From a virus (lineage: Duplodnaviria > Caudoviricetes), in the IMG/VR virus record IMGVR_UViG_3300010361_000015, positions 1 to 52,712 of that record: a DNA stretch of 52,712 nt. One strand, written 5' to 3'. The position numbers and the translations under genes are program-made. The stretch's first letter is position 1. Every line of letters begins with the position of its first letter. The notes beneath the pieces were generated by a model. That model saw only the letters and a program-made list of their open reading frames with translations. It was not told the origin of the DNA and searched no databases. This document shows, piece after piece, positions 26,367-36,300 of the stretch.

Positions 26367-26526
26367 CTCTCGCTGATGCCCTGGCGAGTCAGGTATTATA
26401 GGTGCGTCTGCTACACTCTCGCTGATGACCCGGCGAGCCGGATGTCGGAAAACCCGCGCGTTCTCCCGTTATGGGCGGGGAGTGGTACACCTCCCGCTGT
26501 TGCCCTGGCGGGCCAGAAGGGATAAG
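26367..26526 (-). CRISPR. Degenerate mini-array upstream of the effector: 3 repeats, spacers of 13 and 39 nt
   Basis: Repeat-like copies at 26367-26402, 26416-26451 and 26491-26526, in the same orientation as the main array. Confidence 0.8.
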
Positions 26527-26563
26527 ATAGCCCCCAAACGAGGCATATACAAGAGGGAAATTT

Positions 26564-27058
26564 ATGGCAACGCAAAAAATTGTCGTGCGGCATGCGATCC
26601 CTGCCGACGAACGCGCGCTGTTCGACATCTTAATCGATCTGCATCGTCATGGAATTCAACGATTATTCCCCTACGACTTCGGGAAAGTCGTGGCGATGAT
26701 CGAGGGAGCTACTAAGCAACGGGGGATCATCATCGGCCTAGTTGATGCACCTGATCGCGACAATTACATCGCTGGGATGATTAGATTATCGCTGGAGGAG
26801 TGGGAATGGTCGCGCTGCGCATTTATCGTCATGCGGCAATTATATGTCCGCGAAGAGTACCGTAAGGGTACCCGATATGCTGACGCTCTGATGAAATTTG
26901 GCGAAGAGATTCGTGAGCATTTTCAGGAAGAAGTAGATTATCCGGTCGTGCTCGAAAGCTCCTACGTGCAAGAAGACCCCAGGCGTCTCGGGGTACAGGA
27001 TCGGTTTTGGGGGCGATGGGGCCGCCGCGTCGGTTCTATCTTTGTCAGCGGGCTTTGA
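26564..27058 (+). CDS. GNAT-fold acetyltransferase-like phage protein
   Basis: LYVREEYRKGTRYADALM motif A; typical position just before the ejection proteins. Confidence 0.65.
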   Translation: MATQKIVVRHAIPADERALFDILIDLHRHGIQRLFPYDFGKVVAMIEGATKQRGIIIGLVDAPDRDNYIAGMIRLSLEEWEWSRCAFIVMRQLYVREEYRKGTRYADALMKFGEEIREHFQEEVDYPVVLESSYVQEDPRRLGVQDRFWGRWGRRVGSIFVSGL

Positions 27059-27062
27059 TCGC

Positions 27063-27115
27063 GTGACATAGTTGTTTATTCCCGCTACATTTCACAGCAC
27101 GTAAGGTGTGAAATG
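27063..27115 (+). promoter_or_regulatory. Putative promoter plus 9-bp inverted repeat
   Basis: GTGACA-N17-TACATT; CATTTCACA-N10-TGTGAAATG at 27088-27115. Confidence 0.45.
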
Positions 27116-27126
27116 GTACGCGGCCT

Positions 27127-30100
27127 ATGTCCAAAGGTAGTGCTCCGACCCCAAGTTCAACCAATACGATTGTCCAGCAAAGCTCGCCGCCGCCTGCTTT
27201 TCTAAATGCCTACACAAACTTAATCGGGCAAGCTCAGGGGGTTGCGGGGCAGCCGTTTCCTGGCACCTATCCGGGACAACTGGTTGCGGGGTTCACCCCG
27301 GACCAGATGCAGGCGTTTCAGACTACCCAGAATGTCCAAGGGCAGTTTGTTCCATATCTGAATACGGCCGGGCAGGCGTTTACCCAAGCGACGCAGCCTT
27401 TATGGCCAAGCCTGCCGCAATACGACACCTCCGGCTTGCCACAAGCCGGCATTTCCTCGATCGGGAACGCTGAGCAATATGCGGCCGGGGCCGCGCAGCC
27501 TATCGCACAGACAGTTGCCCCTTATGCGGGGCTTGCCGCAAGCGCCTCACAGAACATACCGGGAGCGGTAAGCCCGCTCACCGGGATGGCTGCGGGGTAC
27601 GCTCAAACGGTACCGGGCTCGGTTGCGCCGTACACAGGATTTGCGGGCCAGACCGCAGCAAGTCTCCCCGGTCAAGTCACACCGTACACGGGATTTGCCG
27701 GGCAGACGGCGGCAGGATTAGGAAGCCAGATAGCGCCGTTTACAACTTCGGCTACGCAAGCCGCAGCAAGCGCACCCAGTTCGCTACCGCAATTCTTTAG
27801 CCCGTACACTCAACAAGTTACGACGGCTCTTCAGAATCTCTTTAATCAACAGAATGCTCAACAGCAGGCGCAGGTCGCTGGCAGCACCGTAGGAGCAGGG
27901 GCCTATGGCGGAGACCGACAGGCTGTCGCGCAAGCCCTTACCGCTCAACAGCAACAGCTTGCCGAAGCCCCGGTCCTCGCGCAGACGCTTCAACAGGGTT
28001 TCCAAGCGGCGCAACAGCAGGCAGCCCAGCAAGCCCAACTTGAAGCACAAATCGGGCTTGGTGCCGGGCAGCTTACAGGCCAGATGGGAGTAGCGGCTGG
28101 GCAACTCGGCTTGGGAGCGGGGCAACTCACCACACAAGCCGGGCTGGGAGCTGGTCAGCTAGGGCTTGGCGCGGGACAACTTACGGGGCAAATGGGCCTC
28201 GGGGCGGGTCAACTCGCGGACGTCACCGGACAGAATATCGCGCAAGCGCTCGCGCAATCCGGCCAGCTTGGGCTTGGGGCTGGGCAGCTGATGTCCGGCG
28301 CCATGGGCACGCAAGGACAGCTCGGACTTGGGGCCGGGCAGCTAAATCTTGCGGCCGGGCAAGGCTTGATGCAGGACTTTGCCCAGCAACAGCAAGCGCA
28401 ATTACAAGCCGAACAGGCAAATGCGTGGTTGGCCTCTCAGGCAGGATTTGGATTTGCTGGGCTTGGAACTCAGCAACAACAGCTAGGTCTGTCTGGCGCA
28501 GGCGCCGAGATGCAAGCTGGCGGCTTGCAGCAGCAACTCGCGCAAGAACAGTTGAACATTCCATATGAGCAGTGGGTTCAGCAGCAAGCGTATCCCTATC
28601 AGCAGCTTGGTTTTCTTGCGCCCATCGTCGAGGGGGCCGGGAGCTTAGGCGGGGGAACCTCATCGACCACATCGCCGGGCCCGAGCCTCGTCAGCCAACT
28701 TGGCGGACTTGGAATAGCTGGAACAGGACTGATCGGTGCGACGGGAGGATTTGGCTCTCAGGGATGGCTTACCAATCTGTTTGGTGGAGCCGCTCCTGGA
28801 CTAGATTTCAGCGGAGGAGCAGTTCCGCTCAGCGCAGCAGCACTTGATGCTGCGGGTTCTGCTGCAGCGATCCCTCCCGCTCTTGACGCGACAAGCGCGG
28901 CACTCTTGGCGGCGGGGGCACCATTCGGGTTCGCACGCGGGGGCCGCATCGGCTTTCAGTCCGGCGGTGACGTAGGGCTTGGAGCACAGCCTCTCGCACT
29001 TGGGCACGATCTCCCGAAAGTTCCGATCTTATCACTCGATTATATCCGAGCGCCGGGCCCTGCGATTAAGGGAGAAGGACCACCAAAGCCGCCATCTCCT
29101 GGCCAAGTCCCTCAGCAACCGAGTGATGCTCAAAATATCCTACAGGATATCCAAGCATATAAAGGGCTAAAGGGACTTGGAATTTTTGGTGATTCGGGCG
29201 ATCCGGGTACCGCAACCGATGGGGGAGCCTACCAGCTAGGCGGCGGGATCGGGCTCGGCTCTGAAACGCTTGATCGCATGAGCATGGGGCAGCGGCACCC
29301 GCATACAATGGGGGGGCAGGGGTTAGGCCATTTCGGCTCCGGAATACCGCATACATCAATGACACACCTTGGGATGGGCCCGCATCTTCGTCTGCAAGCG
29401 GGCGGGGAAAGCGATCTCTATGGCGCGACTTCGCCGATGGCCGCTGACCCGAACACCCAAAATTTATATCAACGATATCAAAACATGTCGTTGGAACAGC
29501 TGCAGGAATTGGCTATGCGGGTCGGCCCGGACTCGCCTTATGGAAAGCTGGTCCAACGCGCGCTGATGGCAAAACATATGTCACCGGGATCAGGTCTTGG
29601 CGCCGCGCCCGCCGAGACGCCGACGAACTTTCTGCCGCTACAACCACAAAGTGGCGGGACAGCGCAGGCGATGCAAGAAGGCGGCGGGGCCAGCGGTGAA
29701 CGGAATTACGTCACCGAAGATGAACTTGATCCTCATCCCGTTGTCGATCACTCCGGGGATACGATCAAGATTCGCTATCCAAGCGAAGGCAAGGTGCTCG
29801 ACCTGGGGCTCCCGACATCATTTCGTAGTTATGCGCGCGGCGGACGGGTGCGGATGCAGATAGGGGGAATGCTCCCAGGTCAATTCGGTTTGGCTACGCC
29901 AGCAACCGCGCCCGCATCCACCCAACCGCCCACTGTGGCGCCAACAGGACCGGGATCGGGGTTGGGGGTTGAGAACAAAGGAACGACGGCTGATCTTACC
30001 CCGTCGCAATTGTCTAATTTATATGCACAGTACGGCACACTATCGCCGACAAACCAAGCTACCTATAACTCTGTCGTAAGTTCAAATCAGGGAGTGTATA

Positions 30101-33100
30101 ATACCGCCGATCCAGCAAACAAGTTGGATCTTATTAACTTATTAAATCAATACGAGTCGTTGCCTGCAGCTCAGAGAACTACGTACGATGCGGCGGTAAC
30201 TGCCAATCCGTCAGTATACAATAATGCAGGCTCAGCGGGGTTGCAAAATAAGTTGGGCTTGGAATCAGCTATAAGCAAAACCGTGCCGCAGCCGCCGTCT
30301 TACGGCATCGGATCTGCCCCGGCAAACCCCTTTGCTGGCATAAGCCCCGTACAGATGCCGAACGTCGGATCGGCAAAGATTCCGCAGCCGATGACCTACC
30401 AGAATTTGTCGATGGCGCCGCTAAATCCCGCCGTCTATCAACGAAATTTGCCGGTAGTTGATATGACTCCGGGGACTTTCCCAATTCCTGGCGGCGGGGG
30501 TACTTTGGAGGGAGATCAAGCTACGGCTTCTGCCTCCCGCCCTCAGCCGGCTGCCTCGGCGTCCCCAGCGAGCATATCGTCCAGTGGCTCTAGTGGGGGC
30601 GGAAACGGCAGCGGCGGGGGTGCAAGCGGATCGGTATCCTCGGGAGGATCTGGTCAAACTCAGAACGGGTTGCCATTGATTACCGATGGCTCACAGATCG
30701 CCCAACTCGCATCCGGGACGCAATTCCAACTGTCAGGTGATCCTAACACTTACGTTACCACAGGTGGAGGCGGCTATGTTCAGGTAGCGCGAGGGGGCCG
30801 GATACGCCGACAAGAAGGGGGAGCTGCTACCGATCTCCCGCCGCTATCCGATCAGGACATGGCTCGGTTACAGGCTGCGGGGGTTAGCCAGGGCACCATT
30901 GATACCCTGCGTGCACACGGGGCAGAAGATCAACAGACTGATACCCCGACTTCGGAGTCGGCAAGAGCGGAAGCCTCTATTCCTCCTCCATCAGATCAGC
31001 CCCCAACTTTGCCATCAGAGCCTCCTAAGGCGGAGATTGCCCCTCCTTACCGTCCTGCCTCAACATGGGACAAGCCGTTAGATCAGACGAATCAGGTAAC
31101 CGTGACAGGTCGTCCCTTAGCGGATGGCGATCGGGTAGTTTCTCCACCACAGCCAAGTTCTGGTGCTAAGCCGATACCTAACTGGGGTGGAGCATCACCA
31201 AGTAGTCAAGGTCCAAGCCCGGGGTATTCTCCGGCCACTATCAAGAGTGATGGGTTAGGCGTTCCCCCACAGCACGAAGACCCATATGCCACGTATGCCA
31301 AGGCCTTGGCTGATCTCTTAAAACAGCGTGAGCCTGATACGGGACAGCGCACACTAGCCTCACCATGGCTCCCTATGATGGCGGCTGGTTTTGGGATGAT
31401 GGCTTCGCGATCACCATACCCAGGTGTTGCGATCGGCGAAGGCGGACTACATGGCATCAGGACGTTAGAAGAGCAGCAGGCGCTCATTCCGAAAACTGAT
31501 CTTGAGCGGAGCCACGCGTTGATGGCGCGGGCCCAAATGCTACAAATTCCGATGGGATTTGAGACGATGCGGGCGCTTGAGCAAGGCGGCGGGCCTGGTC
31601 TTAATACTGTTCCGACGGGGGCACAACCCGGATCCGCGGTTGCTCCTCTAACTCAAGCGGCCCCCGCTGATACGGGGCCACTCGCGACAAAGATCGCCTC
31701 TGTTGCACCGCAATATGGAATTCCCGCATCTCTTGCACTTGGTACGGCGGGGATAGAAAGCTCGATGGGGACCGATCCAAAGGCGCGCAATATTTTTGAA
31801 TTAAACAAGCGAAACTGGAGTGATATGGGAGGGGGAGACCCGGATAATAAAGACTTACAAATAGATCATGGCTTAAAATATCTGGCTGACATGCAGAAAA
31901 AGGCTACGATTTTCCTTGGACATGATCCGGAGAATTGGCAGACCTACCTATTCCATCAGCAAGGCGAAGGAGGCGCGCCGGCATTACTCCGTGCTCCACA
32001 AGGACAGAACGTCGTGGATACATTAGCGCCAGCATATAACGGGAACCGCACGATTGCCTCAGCGGCGGTTACCGGCAACGGCGGTAATGCCAATATGTCG
32101 GCACAAGATTTCGTTAATTTTCAGCGGCACCGTTTTGAGCGATTTGAGGCTCCATATCTGAGGCAAGCAACTACCTCGCAGTCGCCAGATGTCAGACTCG
32201 CACAAGCGGGGCAACCAACGGTATCGCTATCCCCAGAAGAACAACGGATAGAAGCGATAACCCAAGAACAGATCCGCCAGTCGACAATCTTGCGCAATCG
32301 AGCGACCGCTTTGGGAAATCCCCAACAGGCGGCGGTTTATCAATCAGAAATAAATCGCCTGATAACTGGAAGCCCAAGTTATAAATCAGCAGTAGAGTCC
32401 GCTCAGGAGCGACAGAAATACCACGTACTTCGCGGTCCCGGCTCTGCTCTTGTATCTCCGCAAGGGGGGATACCTGCCCAATCGCCACAAGCTGTTAATG
32501 TGATTGACAATGATCCCAAGAGTCCGACTTACGGACAAACTTATCAGACGTTTGCGTATCCTGCCATTTCAGGGCAGGCCCCCTCTGCCGTTGGGCCGGG
32601 TCAGTCCACTTCGGGAGTAGGCTCTGTGCCTCATCCTATGGGCGGGCCGCCGGGGCAGTCCGGCCCGAGTGTCGGCCCAGCTGCGCCAGGCCAAATATAT
32701 CCTACAAAGCTTGGTCCTCAGGCTGAAGAGCGCGCGCGGAAACGGACTGAAGAAGAAGAAACGCAGAGACAAAAAGTAATTACTGATGCCTCTAACTCTG
32801 AAATAATGCAGTCTACATTTGAGAATATGTCGCGTGATGCGGGGCATTTTTATACAGGTCCAGGAGCGCAGATGGCACAGCAGGTAAAAAGTTATCTTCG
32901 TCTTATAAATCCGGAGTATTCTGAATCTGTTGCCTCTTATGAAGACTTTATCAAAAACTCAGGTGCCGTCACGCGTCAAACAGTTCGCGAGGTATCTAGC
33001 CGGGCCGCTGTACAAGAATACAATATGATCAATAGCACATTGCCTAATCCAACCATGTCGCCTCTGGGCCTTAGTCGTGTAATGAATGAATTGATGGGGA

Positions 33101-33360
33101 TAAATGACTATAGAATAGTAAAAGCGCAAGCGCAAAAGCAATGGGAAGACGAGCATAATGGTGCCGTATCAGGATTTGAAACTGATTGGCAAGCCAAAGT
33201 CACCCCCACGGCCTTTATTGTCGCGCGCATGACACCAGATGTGCGCCAACAAATGGTCGCCGGATTGCAAAAAACGAACGCAGGTCAAAATATGTTAAAT
33301 CATTTGCAACAGCAAATGCACTACATAAAAGAGAACGGCCTTGACCAAGCGATACAATAA
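27127..33360 (+). CDS. Giant DNA-ejection / internal virion protein with lysozyme/SLT-like domain
   Basis: N-terminal VAGFTPDQMQAF and FFSPYTQQV...GAYGGDRQAV, Q/G-rich repeats, QQAYPYQQL; AxxYGIP...AGIESS...YLFHQQGEGGA. Confidence 0.75.
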   Translation: MSKGSAPTPSSTNTIVQQSSPPPAFLNAYTNLIGQAQGVAGQPFPGTYPGQLVAGFTPDQMQAFQTTQNVQGQFVPYLNTAGQAFTQATQPLWPSLPQYDTSGLPQAGISSIGNAEQYAAGAAQPIAQTVAPYAGLAASASQNIPGAVSPLTGMAAGYAQTVPGSVAPYTGFAGQTAASLPGQVTPYTGFAGQTAAGLGSQIAPFTTSATQAAASAPSSLPQFFSPYTQQVTTALQNLFNQQNAQQQAQVAGSTVGAGAYGGDRQAVAQALTAQQQQLAEAPVLAQTLQQGFQAAQQQAAQQAQLEAQIGLGAGQLTGQMGVAAGQLGLGAGQLTTQAGLGAGQLGLGAGQLTGQMGLGAGQLADVTGQNIAQALAQSGQLGLGAGQLMSGAMGTQGQLGLGAGQLNLAAGQGLMQDFAQQQQAQLQAEQANAWLASQAGFGFAGLGTQQQQLGLSGAGAEMQAGGLQQQLAQEQLNIPYEQWVQQQAYPYQQLGFLAPIVEGAGSLGGGTSSTTSPGPSLVSQLGGLGIAGTGLIGATGGFGSQGWLTNLFGGAAPGLDFSGGAVPLSAAALDAAGSAAAIPPALDATSAALLAAGAPFGFARGGRIGFQSGGDVGLGAQPLALGHDLPKVPILSLDYIRAPGPAIKGEGPPKPPSPGQVPQQPSDAQNILQDIQAYKGLKGLGIFGDSGDPGTATDGGAYQLGGGIGLGSETLDRMSMGQRHPHTMGGQGLGHFGSGIPHTSMTHLGMGPHLRLQAGGESDLYGATSPMAADPNTQNLYQRYQNMSLEQLQELAMRVGPDSPYGKLVQRALMAKHMSPGSGLGAAPAETPTNFLPLQPQSGGTAQAMQEGGGASGERNYVTEDELDPHPVVDHSGDTIKIRYPSEGKVLDLGLPTSFRSYARGGRVRMQIGGMLPGQFGLATPATAPASTQPPTVAPTGPGSGLGVENKGTTADLTPSQLSNLYAQYGTLSPTNQATYNSVVSSNQGVYNTADPANKLDLINLLNQYESLPAAQRTTYDAAVTANPSVYNNAGSAGLQNKLGLESAISKTVPQPPSYGIGSAPANPFAGISPVQMPNVGSAKIPQPMTYQNLSMAPLNPAVYQRNLPVVDMTPGTFPIPGGGGTLEGDQATASASRPQPAASASPASISSSGSSGGGNGSGGGASGSVSSGGSGQTQNGLPLITDGSQIAQLASGTQFQLSGDPNTYVTTGGGGYVQVARGGRIRRQEGGAATDLPPLSDQDMARLQAAGVSQGTIDTLRAHGAEDQQTDTPTSESARAEASIPPPSDQPPTLPSEPPKAEIAPPYRPASTWDKPLDQTNQVTVTGRPLADGDRVVSPPQPSSGAKPIPNWGGASPSSQGPSPGYSPATIKSDGLGVPPQHEDPYATYAKALADLLKQREPDTGQRTLASPWLPMMAAGFGMMASRSPYPGVAIGEGGLHGIRTLEEQQALIPKTDLERSHALMARAQMLQIPMGFETMRALEQGGGPGLNTVPTGAQPGSAVAPLTQAAPADTGPLATKIASVAPQYGIPASLALGTAGIESSMGTDPKARNIFELNKRNWSDMGGGDPDNKDLQIDHGLKYLADMQKKATIFLGHDPENWQTYLFHQQGEGGAPALLRAPQGQNVVDTLAPAYNGNRTIASAAVTGNGGNANMSAQDFVNFQRHRFERFEAPYLRQATTSQSPDVRLAQAGQPTVSLSPEEQRIEAITQEQIRQSTILRNRATALGNPQQAAVYQSEINRLITGSPSYKSAVESAQERQKYHVLRGPGSALVSPQGGIPAQSPQAVNVIDNDPKSPTYGQTYQTFAYPAISGQAPSAVGPGQSTSGVGSVPHPMGGPPGQSGPSVGPAAPGQIYPTKLGPQAEERARKRTEEEETQRQKVITDASNSEIMQSTFENMSRDAGHFYTGPGAQMAQQVKSYLRLINPEYSESVASYEDFIKNSGAVTRQTVREVSSRAAVQEYNMINSTLPNPTMSPLGLSRVMNELMGINDYRIVKAQAQKQWEDEHNGAVSGFETDWQAKVTPTAFIVARMTPDVRQQMVAGLQKTNAGQNMLNHLQQQMHYIKENGLDQAIQ

Positions 33361-33379
33361 TGAGCAAGACGGATGATAT

Positions 33380-36300
33380 ATGACTAACGACAAAAGCAAA
33401 TCACGCGTTACTCGTGATGCCTTTCTCTATATGGATCCGCAAGGGGATCCAGAGAAATTTGCGCAATGCGAATCGTGTCGGTTTTTTATGCCTGGCGCGG
33501 AGAAATGCGCCCCGATGAATGGACAGCATGTGCTAGCCGGATGGTCATGCGGTAATTATGGATATGGCACACCAACCGATAGTCAGTCGATCACTAAGTC
33601 ATGGACAGCAGAGGAAGCCGGCCTCGTCAAATATCATGTTCGTTGCCAGAACTGCCGCTTTCGATCTGGGCGGGATTGGTGCAGTTTTTTTGATGATCGC
33701 AATAAAGAGGCCCCTCAGGTCTTTGATTGCGATCCAAATATCAATTTTTACGGATGCTGTAATGCGATGAAGCCGCCGCTTATAGAGCACAAGGCGGATG
33801 GCGGAGCTATACAATTACAGTCGGGAGGGGAGGCCATGTCTCCACCCCCTACTCGATTCGAGGAGGCACTATCAGATCTTGGGGTTGGATCGAAAACGGG
33901 GCCGGATGTCGCTCCCGGCCCAACTCGCTTTGACGATGCATTGTCCGATTTAGGCGGTTTCTCGAAAGGGACACCTTCTGCTACTCCCTCACCCGCACCT
34001 TCACCAGCCCCATCTCCCGAATCAACAGGGCCATCTGCGGGAGAGATTGCCGGATCCGCGGCGGTAACAGCAGGGGCCAGAATCTTAGGATCACCTGTAG
34101 ATCTGGGTGTCGGCTTTGCAAACGCCGTTGCTGATCAAGTTCGCGGGCTGCCTGATTTAGTCGGCTCTCTCGTTGGAGCAAAAACGCCAGAAGAATATCT
34201 TAAAGCGCAAAGAGAGATATTGGAACATCCAGCTATCAATCCAGCTAATGTCCCCGGTGGAAGCGCATGGCTTGAACATAAAGCGGCTGAGGCGGGACTG
34301 CCGACGGTATCCACGGTTCATCCGCAAACAACTCTTGGCAGGATTGGGCAGCGGGCGCTAGAGACAGGTTTAGCTTTTGCTGGTCCTGGTGCCATTTCGA
34401 AAATTCCACGATTAGAGGCTGCTCAAGCGCTCATGCCGGGTAGTGTGCCCGCAAATTTGGCGATCGGAGCGGGGGTCGGAGCCGCCGGAGAAATTGCTGG
34501 CGAGACGATTGGAGAGCGATATCGGCCGCTTGCCGAAACGCTGACTGGGGCAGCAGGGGCGGGGACAGCCGGCCTTCTTGAGAGCGGATTGCGGACACTT
34601 CCAACGGCTGCGCGGCGAGAGGCTACGGCTCAAGAGGCTGCTATTAGGCGGCTAGGCGAATCGCAAAGTGACCCAGACGTGGTGGCTGCACAATTACGAC
34701 AACAGCTGGTTAGTGACGCTGGCCCAGCGGACACGCAGGCGTATTTCCGACATCTTCTTGACCGCAGTGATCATCTCGCTGATCTTGATACGAAAAACGC
34801 ACGGGATCAACTCGTCAGGGCTCAAGCTGGCGCCATGCCAGCCATGACGCCTGAAACTCAAGGAACGCTTGCCCAGCAGGCAGTTGAAGAAACGCGGCTT
34901 CCAGCGCTTCGTCAGATGATGCAGGATCATCAACAGGCATCACAGGAACTCCAAGATGCGATGCAAGATTTTGGAGGTGAAGAAGCTCTTGGTTCTCCTG
35001 AAGAGAAAGCAGGAGCACTTGGTTCTTATGGTGCCCAAATGCGAGAGCCTTTACAGGCGATCTATGATTCTGAAAGAAAGCGGCTCACGCAACTTCGAAA
35101 TGCCATAGATCCCGAAGGAACAATGGGGATTAACCCTGCGGCAATTTCTGATGCTGTGTCCGCGATTCGCAAAGACTTTTCTCCTGATACCTTCGGTGGT
35201 ATGGAGAATAAATTTTACAATCGTGTGGATGGATGGGGCGATCTGATCCCGATCGAGGACGCCTTCCGGCTTCGCGCCGACATCAACAGCAGGCTACGTA
35301 ACGTATCGGATCAGGCACCACAGGAAACGCGGCGTCTCTTGACGCTGAAAACCGGCATAGACAAATCTATTGATGATGCAATTAATGGTGTAGCCTCAAG
35401 TGAGCAACAGGCCACTGCGCCCCTACCTGCGGGAGGCGTTTCGCTGGCTCAGAGGCTCGCTGCGATAGGAATTCCTGAACTCGGGCCAAGCTTTGCCGCC
35501 GATGTCGCAAGAGCATATACAGATAGTCCCGCGGCGTTTGCCGCCGCAAAACGAGATCCTCTCGGGCGTGGCATACTTGAAACGACGGATGCAGGGAATG
35601 TCGGCTTACGAGAAGCAACGATATCTGATGCACGTGGAGCAAGTGGGGCGCCGCCAGGGGGATCTACAGATACTCCAGGCGGTGAAATTGGCTCGCAAGA
35701 GTTAGCCCCGCTTACCCCGGAAGCGCGACAACAATTTCGAGACTGGAATCAACAATATGCCGAAATGGGGAGAACATTTCGTGGCGAAACGCCCGGACAA
35801 CTCCATGCGGTTGGTAAGATCCTTCAAAAAGGCGGCGCTTATGATAGCTATAAGCTTCGGGATGATGAGGTACCTTGGGTCATCGCCGGCAAGACAGCCC
35901 CGCCTGAAGCCGTCGATCGCTTTCTTGCTGCGGCACCTCCTGAGGCGCATGCGTCGCTTGACGATGCTTTCGCTTTCTCACTTCGGCGCGCCGCTCAAAA
36001 TCCCGATGGCACGCTTAATATCAAGGCGTATCAGAAATGGCTTAATGATAATCAAGATAAATTAATTCGCAGACCAGACCTCCTTAATCGTTTCAACACG
36101 GCTGCCGCCGCTCAGGAACGACTTAATTCTATCAATGACGCATTAGCTGCACATCAGGCAGCATATCCTCTAAATCCTGGTTGGGGAAACGCTGGTATAT
36201 TACGACAATTTTGGAAAGCCGGCCCTCAAGGCAGAGTATCTATGCAGAAATACCTTGACATTACAGGCGGGCGTCCGGAAGCGCTACAGGCGGCGACGGA

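Noticed and set aside
24828-26563. Classical tracrRNA anti-repeat
   Set aside because: All repeat-like copies found are in direct orientation; no extended complementary copy was seen
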